Source: Thermoanaerobaculia bacterium
GTDB lineage: Bacteria; Acidobacteriota; Thermoanaerobaculia; Multivoradales; UBA5704
Reading direction: 5' to 3'
DNA length: 64,000 nt
Assembly: GCA_036264355.1 (NCBI GenBank)
Contig: DATARD010000080.1
Location: 14,552 to 78,551 of the forward strand
Made by a program: the position numbers and the translations under genes
In this document: positions 20,133 through 29,841 of the stretch, piece after piece
Layout of the letters: the number at the start of each line of letters is the position of its first letter
Numbering within the stretch: the first letter of the stretch is position 1
The notes under the pieces: generated by a model
The model's input: the letters and a program-made list of their open reading frames with translations, nothing else
Told to the model about the DNA's origin: nothing
Databases searched by the model: none

Positions 20133-22157
20133 CTACGGCGTGAAGTCCGCCCGCCAGAGCTCGCCGATCTGCGGCGTGGCGTAGAAACGCTGGCGGCGCG
20201 CGGTGTCCTGCACGACCTGGTACACCGGGCTGTTGCTCGGCAGGCCGGGCGCCGCGATCTCCCAGGTCACGCCGCCGTCGCGGCTCTGCTTGACGCCGTC
20301 GGCGTAGGTGGCGGCGTAGAGCGTCGCCGGGTTCCGGAGGTCGAAGATCAGGTCGAGCACCCAGGGATAGCCCGTGAGGCCGAGATCACCCACCGTCTGG
20401 AAGCTCACGCCGTTGTTCGAGGTGACGAGGAGCGTCCGGTTCTGGGTGATGTCGATCGTCTTCGGCTTGGCGGGATTGAACACGATCGACTGGCCGCCGG
20501 TGTTCCAGAGCCGCCAGGTGGCGCCGGCGTCGTCGCTGCGGTAGATCACGAAGAAGCTGGCACCGTGCGGCTTGGATGCATCCCCCAGGGCGTACGCGGT
20601 GCGCTGGGTGCGCGGATCGCGGACCAGGCGGGAGAAGTGAAGGAAGATGGCGTTGTCGCTGTCCGGATTGCCGATCGCTCCCGACTGTACCTTCTTCCAG
20701 GTGTGGCCGCCGTCGGTGCTGCGGGAGATGCCGGACCCCGCGAGCAGGAGCACGCCTTGTGCCGGCACCAGGAGCTGCGGACCGTCCGGAATGGTACCGG
20801 TGACGCGGGTCCAGGTGGCGCCGCCGTCGTTGCTCCGGTAAAGCTGCTTGCCGGTGCTCGCGGTGCGCACCGTCAGCCACATGCGGTTGCGCACGAACGG
20901 ATCGAACTCCACCGCGTCGATCCGCTGCAGGTTGAAGGTGGCCGGCAACAGGGAGAAGGTGAAGCCGCCGTCGTGGCTGACCAGCCGGGTGCCCTGGCTG
21001 TTCAGCGTCCAGTGGGCCGGGTTGAACGGATCGATGCGGAAGTCCTCGATCTGGTTGGTGAACACGCCGCGCATCGCCAGACCGTGCCAGTGCGCGCCGG
21101 CGTCGTCGCTTTCGAACAGACCGCGGCCGGTGGCGGCGATCACGAAGCCCGCTCGTCCCGGCACCGTCGCGAAGGCGTTCACTCCGTAGTAGGCCGACTG
21201 GCCGACGGAGAGCGGGGGCAGGCCCGCCGTGACGGGGACCCAGTTGACGCCGCCGTCGCGGCTCACGAAGAGGCCGACCGCGCTGCCGCCGTAGACCGTG
21301 AACGGGTCGACCGGATCGATCGTCAGCACTTCGACGGACGACGCGAAGGGGCCATCCCAGGTGGCGCCGCCGTTGCGCGAGCGCCAGGTCATCCCGCCGG
21401 CGATCCCGCCGGCTTCCACCAGCGTCTGGGGATCGCTCGGCGCCACCGCCAGGCCGCTGATGAAGGGCGGCGGATGCCCCGGGCTCTCGTCGAGGTCCAC
21501 CCATGTGGTGCCAAAGTCGACGCTCTTGCTGCGGCGGTAGGTGGAGACGGCGTACACCGTTCCCGGATGCTGCGGATCGGGCTCGATGCCGCGGAAGATC
21601 ACCACCGAGGTGCGGGACAGCACCACCTGGAACGTGGCGCCGCCGTCGAGGCTGCGCACGATCTCTTCCGGAGTGCCGGCGAAGACCACGCCGGGAGCGC
21701 CCGGAGCGCCGGGAGCCACTGCCAGGGAAAAGATGTTCTGGCCCGGCAGGGTCGCGACCCGGGTCCAGTGCGCACCGGCGTTCAGGGTGCGGAAGATCGC
21801 CGGATCGACGTTGGTGGGCGCCGGCAGGCTGTTGGCGGCATAGAGGACGCCCGGCTGTGCGGGGTCGAGCGCCAGGAAGCTGATTCCCTGGCCTTCCAGG
21901 CCGCTGTTCGTCTGGTTCCATGACGTGCCGCCGTCGACGCTCGCGTAGACCATTCCGGCCGAGGCGATCCACATCATCTCGGGGTGCGCCGGATCGATGA
22001 CGATATCGTTCACCCGTCCGCCGGTTGGGCCGAACGGCGTCCAGAGATTCGGCGCCGCGGAGGCCGGCACGGCGGACAGGACCGAAACGACGAGAAGAAA
22101 GCGCAAAAGCAGGCGTGCCTGCGTGACCGGGCTGAACTGCGAGCGAGCTGACGGCAT
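20133..22157 (-). CDS. Secreted BNR/Asp-box repeat double beta-propeller protein (GH74/sortilin-like)
   Basis: At least 10 Asp-boxes (SVDGGTSW, SRNGGATW, SRDGGVNW, SDDAGAHW, SNDGGATW, STDGGHTW, SDDAGATW, SRDGGVTW ...). Start chosen at ATG 22157 (MPSARSQF...) because AAGGAGA lies 7 nt upstream. Signal peptide ...VLSAVPASAAP. Confidence 0.85.
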   Translation of the reverse strand: MPSARSQFSPVTQARLLLRFLLVVSVLSAVPASAAPNLWTPFGPTGGRVNDIVIDPAHPEMMWIASAGMVYASVDGGTSWNQTNSGLEGQGISFLALDPAQPGVLYAANSLPAPTNVDPAIFRTLNAGAHWTRVATLPGQNIFSLAVAPGAPGAPGVVFAGTPEEIVRSLDGGATFQVVLSRTSVVIFRGIEPDPQHPGTVYAVSTYRRSKSVDFGTTWVDLDESPGHPPPFISGLAVAPSDPQTLVEAGGIAGGMTWRSRNGGATWDGPFASSVEVLTIDPVDPFTVYGGSAVGLFVSRDGGVNWVPVTAGLPPLSVGQSAYYGVNAFATVPGRAGFVIAATGRGLFESDDAGAHWHGLAMRGVFTNQIEDFRIDPFNPAHWTLNSQGTRLVSHDGGFTFSLLPATFNLQRIDAVEFDPFVRNRMWLTVRTASTGKQLYRSNDGGATWTRVTGTIPDGPQLLVPAQGVLLLAGSGISRSTDGGHTWKKVQSGAIGNPDSDNAIFLHFSRLVRDPRTQRTAYALGDASKPHGASFFVIYRSDDAGATWRLWNTGGQSIVFNPAKPKTIDITQNRTLLVTSNNGVSFQTVGDLGLTGYPWVLDLIFDLRNPATLYAATYADGVKQSRDGGVTWEIAAPGLPSNSPVYQVVQDTARRQRFYATPQIGELWRADFTP

Positions 22158-22287
22158 GGCATGTCTCCTTGACGCGAACCGGAAGGGATCGCTGCTTCCG
22201 TATACGGAAGACAAGGAGAATGGTTTGATGGGGTGGGGAAATTCCCGGACGCTTCGGGCCTCTTGAACCTTGTCCCGGAGGGACTAT

Positions 22288-22370
22288 GGCACGTAGCCCA
22301 GGGATTTATCCCTGGGATTCGGGGCGGCATAGCCGTTCCCACCTCGGGCTGAAGCCCGAGGCTACGTGCC
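22288..22370. other. 83-nt structured intergenic element (closing stem plus two internal hairpins); REP/MITE-like unit or small RNA
   Basis: GGCACGTAGCC (22288-22298) pairs with GGCTACGTGCC (22360-22370). Inside are hairpin CCCAGGG-ATTTAT-CCCTGGG (22297-22316) and hairpin CTCGGGC-TGAA-GCCCGAG (22343-22360). Confidence 0.6.
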
Positions 22371-22502
22371 TGCGCCCACAAGGGGCGAGATGAGGGAGCA
22401 TCAAGTCGGCGCCGTGCTCCGACTCCTTCCGCCCACCCGGAAGGGGCGAGCTTCTCTGCTACCTTGGGTTTACGCCTCCGGTGGCCGGCTTTGACGAGCC
22501 GG

Positions 22503-23189
22503 TCAACTCGCCCGCGGCGCGGGGCAGCCTTCTTCGATGAAGCGGGCCTGGGCGCGGCTGAGCGAGTTGACGGTGTAGCTCAGGCGCGTGGTCGGAGCCA
22601 CGGCTTCGTAGAGGAGGCGGAGGAAGGCCCGCTCGCCGAATTCGGCCTTGGCGGCGGCGAGCGCTTCCGCCTGGAGGTGGCAGACGGCGAGCTCGCGCGA
22701 GGGCTGGCCGAAGAGGCCCTTGCCGCCCAGCGCGGTCTCGCCTCCGAACAGACGGTAGGGCGTACTGCGGAGCTTCAGATAGGGGGAGACGGCCGCTTCG
22801 AGGCGCGGCCAGAGGTCGCTCTTGAAGCCGAGGGCGGCGGCTCTCGTTTCGATGCGGTGTTTGCGCTCCGGGCCGAGGAAGTCGACGTCGAGGAAGGCGA
22901 CGTTGAGGAGCTGGTTGAACAGCTCGGTCGGCAGGTAGAGCTCGGGGGATTCGTTGCCGTCCACGACGTCGGCGGGGCCGCCCAGTTGCAGGTGGGCGAT
23001 GACGTCGCGGTGCGCGGCTTCGCGGGCCGCCTGGGCCGCCGGATCGAAGCGTGCGGCGAGGCGCTCATCAAGCGTCCACTGCCAGGCCGGCTTGTGCAGA
23101 TGGATCGCCGCGGCGGAGACCGGTGGCGTCTCCGGGAGACCCAGCGAAAGCAGGAGAACGAGGACAACCATCTGGCCCGGTCGTGGCAT
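22503..23189 (-). CDS. Hypothetical secreted protein
   Basis: Start at MPRPGQMVVLVLLLSLGLPE (ATG 23189), with GGAGGG in the upstream sequence GAGAGGAGGGAGAGAC. A signal-like N-terminus is present. No family recognised. Confidence 0.6.
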   Translation of the reverse strand: MPRPGQMVVLVLLLSLGLPETPPVSAAAIHLHKPAWQWTLDERLAARFDPAAQAAREAAHRDVIAHLQLGGPADVVDGNESPELYLPTELFNQLLNVAFLDVDFLGPERKHRIETRAAALGFKSDLWPRLEAAVSPYLKLRSTPYRLFGGETALGGKGLFGQPSRELAVCHLQAEALAAAKAEFGERAFLRLLYEAVAPTTRLSYTVNSLSRAQARFIEEGCPAPRAS

Positions 23190-23290
23190 GTCTCTCCCTC
23201 CTCTCGGACGTCTCGCAGCATGGTACTCTGTTCGGCTTCCGGCTTCCACCGGAGGGCGGGGTTCTTACAACTTCTTACAACTCACAAACC

Positions 23291-25288
23291 ATGACCAGTC
23301 CAGACAACCGTTCCCGCGGGCGGTGGCGCGATGTGGTGCTCGGACGGCCGCGCGACGTCAAAGACCCGGAGATCTTCCACCACGTTTCGCTCATCGCGTT
23401 CCTGGCCTGGGTGGGCCTCGGCGCGGACGGTCTGTCCTCGTCCGCCTATGGCCCCGACCAGGCGTACCGCACGCTCGGCACGCACAGCCATCTCGCGATC
23501 GCCCTGGTGGCGATGACGGCGGTGACGATCTCGATCATCTCGATCGCCTACTCGGACGTGATCCAGCACTTCCCGGGCGGCGGCGGCGGCTACCTGGTGG
23601 CCACCAAGCTCCTGGGCAACAAGGCCGGCGTGGTCTCGGGGTGTGCCCTGCTGGTGGACTACGTGCTCACCATCTCGACCTCGGTGGCCTCGGGGTGCGA
23701 TGCCCTCTGGTCGTTCCTGCCGGTCCATCTGGTGCCTTTCAAGCTCACGGCGGAGATCGTCGTCCTCCTGCTCCTGATCGTGCTCAACCTGCGCGGGGTG
23801 CGCGAGTCGGTGACCATCCTGGCTCCCATCTTCCTCTTCTTCATCCTCACCCATGTGATCCTGATCTTCTGGGCGATCGGCAGCCATTTCACCCAGTTGC
23901 CCACCATCTTCCACCAGGCTTCGCTGGACTTCCACGGCTCCGTCAAGGCGCTGGGGTTCGCGCCCATCGCGTTCCTGCTCCTGCGCGCCTACTCGATGGG
24001 CGGCGGCACGTACACCGGGATCGAGGCGGTGTCGAACGGCGTCACGATGCTGCGCGAGCCACGGGTGAAGACGGGAAAGAAGACGATGCTGCTGATGGCG
24101 GCCTCGCTCGCCTTCACCGCCGGCGGCATCCTCTTCGCCTACATGCTGGTGGACGTCCACCCCGACGGAGACAAGACGCTCAACGCCGTCCTCCTGGAGC
24201 GGCTCTTCAGCGGCTGGTCGATCGGCGGCCTGCACATCGGTCCGTCGTTCGTGGTCGCTTCCCTGGTGGCCGAGGCGGCGCTGCTCTTCGTGGCGGCGCA
24301 GACCGGCTTCCTGGACGGCCCCCGCATCCTCTCCAACATGGCGGTGGACTCCTGGATGCCGCACCGCTTCGCCCAGCTCTCCAACCGGCTGGTGACCCAG
24401 AACGGTGTCTTCCTCATGGGCTTCGCCGCCATGGCGACACTGCTCTACACGCGGGGCGACATCGCGACGCTGCTCGTGATGTATTCGATCAACGTCTTCC
24501 TCACCTTCTCGTTGACCGAGCTGGGGATGGTCCGGCACTGGATCCAGGACCGGCACAAGGAGCCGCAGTGGCGGCGCAAGCTCGCGATCCATGGCATCGG
24601 CCTGGTCTTGTGCGGATCGATTCTCTGCGTGACCATCTATGAAAAGTTCCTGCAAGGTGGATGGATCACGCTCGTCTGCACCGGAGCGACGATCACTCTC
24701 TGCTTCCTCATCCGCCGCCACTACCGGCGGACGCGCCGCGCCCTCGGCCGGCTGGACGAAGAGCTGACCTCGCTGCCGCCGTCCAACCGGCACGAGGAGC
24801 CGCCGCCGGTCGATCCCAGGGAGCCGACGGCGGTGATCACGGTCTCCGGCTACTCCGGGTTTGGCCTGCATGAGCTGCTGTCGATCAATCAGATCTTCCC
24901 GCGGCACTTCAAGAACTTCATCTTCGTCTCGGTGGCGGTGGTGGATTCGGGGAACTTCAAGGGCGCGGAAGCGGTCGCCGAGCTCGAAGAGGAGACGCGG
25001 AGCAGTCTCGAGCAGTATGTCCAGTGGTGCCACAACCATGGCCTGCGCGCCGCTTGGCGGATGGCCACGGGCACCGAAGCGGTGGGCACGCTGGAGGCGC
25101 TCTGCCGGGAGGTGGCGCAGGAGTTCAAGCGCGCGGTGTTCTTCGGCGGCAAGCTGGTCTTCCGCGAGGAGCGCTGGTACCACAAGTTCCTGCACAACGA
25201 GACCGGCTACGCGCTGCAACGCCGCCTCCAGTTCGCCGGCTTGCCGACGATCATCCTGCCCATCCGCATCCTGGAGGAGGCGAAGTGA
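23291..25288 (+). CDS. APC-superfamily permease with C-terminal cytoplasmic domain
   Basis: 665 aa: GADGLSSSAYGPDQAY...GGGGGYLVATKLLGNKAGVVSGCALLVDYVLTISTSVAS, about 12 TM helices, then a ~200-aa soluble tail. Confidence 0.85.
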   Translation: MTSPDNRSRGRWRDVVLGRPRDVKDPEIFHHVSLIAFLAWVGLGADGLSSSAYGPDQAYRTLGTHSHLAIALVAMTAVTISIISIAYSDVIQHFPGGGGGYLVATKLLGNKAGVVSGCALLVDYVLTISTSVASGCDALWSFLPVHLVPFKLTAEIVVLLLLIVLNLRGVRESVTILAPIFLFFILTHVILIFWAIGSHFTQLPTIFHQASLDFHGSVKALGFAPIAFLLLRAYSMGGGTYTGIEAVSNGVTMLREPRVKTGKKTMLLMAASLAFTAGGILFAYMLVDVHPDGDKTLNAVLLERLFSGWSIGGLHIGPSFVVASLVAEAALLFVAAQTGFLDGPRILSNMAVDSWMPHRFAQLSNRLVTQNGVFLMGFAAMATLLYTRGDIATLLVMYSINVFLTFSLTELGMVRHWIQDRHKEPQWRRKLAIHGIGLVLCGSILCVTIYEKFLQGGWITLVCTGATITLCFLIRRHYRRTRRALGRLDEELTSLPPSNRHEEPPPVDPREPTAVITVSGYSGFGLHELLSINQIFPRHFKNFIFVSVAVVDSGNFKGAEAVAELEEETRSSLEQYVQWCHNHGLRAAWRMATGTEAVGTLEALCREVAQEFKRAVFFGGKLVFREERWYHKFLHNETGYALQRRLQFAGLPTIILPIRILEEAK

Positions 25289-25704
25289 GCCCCGCGAGCC
25301 CGTACGTCGAGCGCCTCCAGGTCCGCTGGGGGGACTTGGACTCCTTCGGGCATGTGAACAACGCGAAATACTTCACCTACTGCGAATCGGCCCGCATGGG
25401 CTACTTCCTGGCGGTGCGCATGGCGGACCACTTTGAAGGCGGCCGCTTCGGCCCGGCGCTGGCCGCAGCGCAGCTCAACTTCCGGCGGCAGGTGCGCTGG
25501 CCGTCCGGAATCGAGGTCGAGACCCGGGTGACGGAGATCGGCAGGACCAGCTTCAAGATGGAGTACATCCTGATCCGGGCCGAGGATCGCGAGCGGGTGG
25601 CGGACGGCGGCGGCGTGACTGTCTGGATCGACTACACCACCGGCAAGCCGGTGCCGCTGCCGGACGGTCTGCGGGAGTCGATCCGGGCGTTCGAGGGCGT
25701 CTGA
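25285..25704 (+). CDS. Acyl-CoA thioesterase, 4HBT/YbgC-like hotdog
   Basis: A GTG start overlaps the upstream stop (GTGA). VRWGDLDSFGHVNNAKYFTYCESAR is the 4HBT signature. Confidence 0.8.
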   Translation: MSPASPYVERLQVRWGDLDSFGHVNNAKYFTYCESARMGYFLAVRMADHFEGGRFGPALAAAQLNFRRQVRWPSGIEVETRVTEIGRTSFKMEYILIRAEDRERVADGGGVTVWIDYTTGKPVPLPDGLRESIRAFEGV

Positions 25705-25755
25705 GGGGAACCAGGCCGATTCGGCATAGACTTGTGGGGCGAGCCCGCGATTCCA

Positions 25756-28700
25756 ATGCGCCCCCGAACCGCTCCGCGCCTTTCCGGCGCCGTCTGCTGC
25801 TGGCTGCTGCTGGCCGGCTCCTTCGCTGCGGCTGCCGCCACCGTGGCGGAACCTGGCGCGGCGGAGCGCGGTTTTCCCCTGATCCAGACGTACAACGCGA
25901 TCTCGCAGGGGGGCGAGACCCAGAACTTCGGGATCGCCCGCGATCCGCAGGGCCTTCTCTACCTGGCCAACGGCGGCGGCCTCCTCGTGTACGACGGCGC
26001 GTGGTGGCGGGAGATCCCGATCGGCAAGGAGGGAGGTGCGTTCTCGGTGGCCAGCGACGCCACGGGACGGGTGGCGGTCGGCGGCTTCGACGACTTCGGG
26101 CTCCTGATGCCGGACGATCACGGCTCGCTCCAGTATGTGTCGTTGCTCTCCCTCCTGCCCCCGGAGCAGCGGGAGCTCGACCAGGTCATGGAGACGACGC
26201 CGGTGGCGGACGGGTTCCTCTTCCTCACCGGAAAAGCGCTCCTGCTGTGGGACGGCTCCCACGTCAGCGTCCTGGCCAGGTTCCCGGGCGACCGGCCGTT
26301 CCCGGCGACGTTCCGCGTGGGGAGCGACATCTATCTCTGGTGGCGCGACGGGCTGTCGCGGATCGACGGCCGGCGGATCGAACCGGTCCCCGGCGGTGCG
26401 GTGTTCGCCGGCCGGCGGGTGGACCAGATCCTGCCGGCCGGCGAACGCCCGGACCAGGGTCTGCTGGTGTCGGTGCGCGGCGAGGGGCTCTTCCTGTTCT
26501 CCCGCGGGACCGCCATGCCGTTCGCTCCCGAAGCCTCCCGCTGGACGGCGGCGAAGCGGCTGATGCCGAAAGCCGGCCGCCGGCTGCCGGACGGCCGCTG
26601 GGCACTGGGATCGATCCTCGGCGGGCTGCTCCTCTTGCGTCCGGACGGTGCGGTGGACCAGGTGATCGACACGGCGGTGGGCCTGCCGGACAACTTCATC
26701 ACCGGGGCGGAGACCGATCTGGAGGGCTCGCTCTGGCTGGCTCTCAACAACGGGCTGGCCCGGGTGGAGGTGGCGTCTCCGGTGTCGGTGATCGACCGGC
26801 GGGCGGGTCTCCAGGGAAACGTCTACGCCCTGGTGCGGTTCCGCGGCGATCTGTGGATCGCGACCTCGGCCGGGCTGTTCACCGTCGACCACCGCCCGCG
26901 CGCCGCGGCCGAGCCGGGCCCGCCGGTGCGGATGCGGGAGGTGCCGGGGCTCCCCCCCTCCGTCTGGAGCCTCCTGGCGGTGGACGACGATCTGCTGGTG
27001 GGAACGGCGTTCGGGCTCTATCGAGTCACCAGCGGCGGGACCGCCGAGCCGGTGCCCGGGGGCAGGCAGCAGACGGTCTACGTCCTCGCCCGCTCGCGCC
27101 GGGATCCGCGGCGCATCTGGCTGGGAGGAGAGGACGGGCTGTCCGCGGTCCACCGGGACGGCAACGGCTGGCGGTTCGAGGGCTCCATCGAGGCGGTGCA
27201 CCGGGAGGTGCGCTCGATCGTGGAAGGGGACACGGGCACGGTCTGGTGCGGTCTGCAAGATCGAGCCGTGGGGGTCGACGTCGCGCCGCAACCCCGGACG
27301 CTGCAGGTGCTGCGGGCGCGGTCGGTGCCGGACAGCGACGGCGTGTCGCTGCTGTGGCTCGCCGGCCGCATCCTGGCCGCCCGCGACGGCCGGCTGCTGC
27401 GCCTGGACGAGGAGCGGGGGCTGCTGGGGGCAGATCCGGCCACCGCCGCGCTGCAGGCCCGCGCCCAGAATTTCGTCGCAGACGCCGCCGGCAATCTCTG
27501 GATCAGCTCCCGTCCGCCGGCGGTCGCCCTCCGGCGGACCGGCCGGCCGGGCGGCTGGTCTCCGGAGCTGCGCCCGCTTCTGGGGCTGCCGGTCCACACG
27601 ATCGAGGCGATCCTTGCCGAACCGGACGGAGTGGTCTGGCTGGCGGCCGACAACGGGCTCTTCCGGTATGCCGACAGCTTCCGGGCGGTGGCGGCTCCAC
27701 TGCCGGCACCGCTCCTCTCCCGGATCACCCTGGGGGCCGGCACCCTCGTCTTCGGCGGCGCACCCGGCGTCGCACCGACCCGGGTGGTCCTGCCGCCGAA
27801 CGTGCGCCACCTGCGGATCGAGATCGGGCCGCTGTCGTTCAACGCCGGCCTGCGCTATCAGACGCGGATCGACCCGATCGACGCCGACTGGAGCCGCCCG
27901 ACCACAGATCCATTCGCGGAGCTGACCCGCCTGCCGTCCGGAAGCTACACCTTCCGCGTCCGCACCGTGGGGCCGAGCGGCGAAGCGAGCCCCGAAACAG
28001 CGTGGCCGTTCCGCGTCCGGCCGCCCTGGTACCTCACCGGCTGGGCCTTGGCGCTCTGGATGGTGGCGGCGGTCCTCCTGGTCATCGGCTACTCCCGGCT
28101 GCGCAGCCGCGCCCTGCGCCAGCGCGCCGCGCTCCTCGAAGCCCGGGTGGCGGAGCAGACCCTGGAGCTGCGCCACACCGTCGAGGAGCTGAGCCGTGCC
28201 CACGCCGAGCTCGAAGTCGCCAACGAGCGGCTGGAGGAGCTGTCACTCCGCGACGAGCTCACCGGCATCGCCAACCGGCGGCGGCTGCAACAGATGCTGA
28301 ACGAAGAGTGGAACCGCGCCCGCCGCTACGAACGGCCGCTCGCCTTCATCCTCCTCGACCTCGACCATTTCAAGCTGCTCAACGACACCCGCGGCCACCG
28401 GGAGGGAGACGTCTGCCTGCAAACCATCGCGCACCATCTCGCCGAGATGCTCCGGCGGACCAGCGACCTGGTGGCGCGCTACGGCGGCGAAGAGCTCGCG
28501 GTGCTGCTGCCGAGCACCGACCTCGCCGGCGCGCTGAAGATCGCCGAGGAGCTCCGCCAGGGGATCGAAGACTTGGCGCTCCCGCACGAAGCGGCCCCCA
28601 CCGGACACGTCACCGCCAGCTTCGGAGTCGCCGCGATGGTCCCGGCCTCCGGGCAGACCCCCGATGTCCTGGTCGAGGCGGCCGATCTCGCCCTCTATGG

Positions 28701-28767
28701 CGCCAAGAAGGCGGGGCGCAACCGGGTGGTGGCGGGCGATGCGGAGGGTGTCCCAACCGCAAAGTAG
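25756..28767 (+). CDS. Membrane sensor diguanylate cyclase (periplasmic two-component-regulator propellers + Y_Y_Y domain, TM, coiled coil, GGDEF)
   Basis: Signal/TM at the N-terminus. Y_Y_Y-like segment LRYQTRIDPIDADWSRP...GSYTFRVRTVG. TM helix WALALWMVAAVLLVIGY. GGDEF domain with DELTGIANRR, RGHREGD, an active-site variant GGEEL, and an RTSD I-site 5 residues upstream of it. Confidence 0.9.
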   Translation: MRPRTAPRLSGAVCCWLLLAGSFAAAAATVAEPGAAERGFPLIQTYNAISQGGETQNFGIARDPQGLLYLANGGGLLVYDGAWWREIPIGKEGGAFSVASDATGRVAVGGFDDFGLLMPDDHGSLQYVSLLSLLPPEQRELDQVMETTPVADGFLFLTGKALLLWDGSHVSVLARFPGDRPFPATFRVGSDIYLWWRDGLSRIDGRRIEPVPGGAVFAGRRVDQILPAGERPDQGLLVSVRGEGLFLFSRGTAMPFAPEASRWTAAKRLMPKAGRRLPDGRWALGSILGGLLLLRPDGAVDQVIDTAVGLPDNFITGAETDLEGSLWLALNNGLARVEVASPVSVIDRRAGLQGNVYALVRFRGDLWIATSAGLFTVDHRPRAAAEPGPPVRMREVPGLPPSVWSLLAVDDDLLVGTAFGLYRVTSGGTAEPVPGGRQQTVYVLARSRRDPRRIWLGGEDGLSAVHRDGNGWRFEGSIEAVHREVRSIVEGDTGTVWCGLQDRAVGVDVAPQPRTLQVLRARSVPDSDGVSLLWLAGRILAARDGRLLRLDEERGLLGADPATAALQARAQNFVADAAGNLWISSRPPAVALRRTGRPGGWSPELRPLLGLPVHTIEAILAEPDGVVWLAADNGLFRYADSFRAVAAPLPAPLLSRITLGAGTLVFGGAPGVAPTRVVLPPNVRHLRIEIGPLSFNAGLRYQTRIDPIDADWSRPTTDPFAELTRLPSGSYTFRVRTVGPSGEASPETAWPFRVRPPWYLTGWALALWMVAAVLLVIGYSRLRSRALRQRAALLEARVAEQTLELRHTVEELSRAHAELEVANERLEELSLRDELTGIANRRRLQQMLNEEWNRARRYERPLAFILLDLDHFKLLNDTRGHREGDVCLQTIAHHLAEMLRRTSDLVARYGGEELAVLLPSTDLAGALKIAEELRQGIEDLALPHEAAPTGHVTASFGVAAMVPASGQTPDVLVEAADLALYGAKKAGRNRVVAGDAEGVPTAK

Positions 28768-28803
28768 TGGAGAGACTGTGCCTCGGCCCGCCGCGCGAAG
28801 GCG

Positions 28804-28858
28804 CATTGTGGAGGTTCAACGGCCCGTTGTGGAGGTTCAACGGTCCGTTGTGGAGAAG
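28804..28858. repeat. 2.6 copies of a 21-bp tandem repeat (CGTTGTGGAGGTTCAACGGYC)
   Basis: cattgtggaggttcaacggcc / cgttgtggaggttcaacggtc / cgttgtggagaag. The stop codon and last codons of the minus-strand gene lie inside copies 2-3. Confidence 0.8.
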
Positions 28859-29427
28859 ACTCGCGCGAGAAGCTCGACGACCTCACGGTTGACGGCTTCA
28901 TCTCCGGTGCCCTCCCGCAACGCCGCCGTTGCGGCGCCCATCTCGCGCAGCCGGGCCTCCGCGTTGCTCGGTGGTATCGCCAGAGCAGCCGTGGCGTGAG
29001 ACAAGGCCTTGAGATCGGCGACCCATTCTGGATGGTACATGGTGCCCAGATGGCCGGCGATCTTCGCCGCCAGGAGCGCAAGGTCCAGGGCTTGGCTCTC
29101 CCCCTGGTCCAGGATGGCCCGCGCCCGCTCCAATGCGACCCAGGCAACGCCCCAGGTCTGAAAGTCCGTCTCTTCCTCGACCTGGGCGGCCCAGCTTGCG
29201 GGGTCTGTCGCCAGCAAGGCGTCGAGCAGGCCGTCGGCGACAAGCCCTTCGACGACGACAACCTCGGGATTCCAATGACGGAAGCGCTTCATCAGTGCCT
29301 CCACCTCCGCGAGCCGTTCGCCGCAGTCCGGGCAGACCTCGGCCAGATGGCGGCAGCACTCCTCGGCCTCCTCCCCCGCGGCGGCGGCCAGCAGAGATGC
29401 GATCTTGGCTGTCGTCAGATGTCTCAT
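28837..29427 (-). CDS. zf-HC2-like (H-x3-C-x2-C) helical protein, putative anti-sigma/regulatory
   Basis: 196 aa with CCRHLAEVCPDCGERL near the N-terminus. Paralogous to the N-terminal ~190 aa of the divergent gene at 29864 (FQTWGVAWVALERAR vs FQTGELFETILTESR). Confidence 0.65.
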   Translation of the reverse strand: MRHLTTAKIASLLAAAAGEEAEECCRHLAEVCPDCGERLAEVEALMKRFRHWNPEVVVVEGLVADGLLDALLATDPASWAAQVEEETDFQTWGVAWVALERARAILDQGESQALDLALLAAKIAGHLGTMYHPEWVADLKALSHATAALAIPPSNAEARLREMGAATAALREGTGDEAVNREVVELLARVFSTTDR

Positions 29428-29632
29428 CTCATCCCTCTTCCCTGGATAACTCGCCCCGCCGGCTTGTCGCCAAAACGATCTGCCGATGCAGGTCGAGAAG
29501 ATGACATGCGTCCTCCCGTCAACCTTGAAAGGAAGGATGCCAAAAGCCCAGACTCCAGAAGGGGAAAATTTTTACGGCTGGGTCACTCCCTGACCCAGCC
29601 CCGTCAAGCCTCCCCAGAAAGGCAGTGTTCTT

Positions 29633-29758
29633 ATGCGTGGATTCCTGCAGTTTCTCCGGGCGTTTTTCTCGATGGCTCAAAGCGATGCGGTCAGCATCTG
29701 GGACCCGAACGGGAAGCCGAGCCCGGATGCGGTGACCACCATCGACCCGAACGGCTGA
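29633..29758 (+). CDS. Candidate 41-aa small ORF (MRGFLQFLRAFFSMAQSDAVSIWDPNGKPSPDAVTTIDPNG)
   Basis: ATG-to-TGA ORF below the track cutoff, ending 27 nt before a strong intrinsic terminator. SD is weak. It could equally be a non-coding transcript. Confidence 0.25.
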   Translation: MRGFLQFLRAFFSMAQSDAVSIWDPNGKPSPDAVTTIDPNG

Positions 29759-29784
29759 GGGGCTCGCAAGGCACCTTTTCTTGT

Positions 29785-29823
29785 GGAGGGCGGAGAAAGC
29801 TCCCGCCCTCCCCCTTCTTTTTG
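29785..29823 (+). terminator. Rho-independent terminator
   Basis: GGAGGGCGG (29785-29793) pairs perfectly with CCGCCCTCC (29803-29811) around a 9-nt loop. It is followed by CCCTTCTTTTTGG. Confidence 0.7.
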
Positions 29824-29835
29824 GCGCGTTTGCGG

Positions 29836-29841
29836 TATAGT
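29836..29841 (+). promoter_or_regulatory. -10-like box TATAGT upstream of the 29864 gene
   Basis: TATAGT lies 22 nt upstream of the ATG, with AGGAGGA between them. The -35 is weak. Confidence 0.3.

Noticed and set aside
20386-21972. 528-aa alternative-frame ORF and several + strand ORFs inside the BNR-repeat gene
   Set aside because: Only the 20133-22157 frame gives the repeated SxDxGxTW Asp-boxes and a signal peptide.
25207-28892. 998-aa (-) and 1052-aa (+, shifted frame) ORFs overlapping the sensor diguanylate cyclase gene
   Set aside because: Only the 25756-28767 frame yields propeller/Y_Y_Y/TM/GGDEF signatures. The others are Arg/Pro/Gly-rich nonsense.
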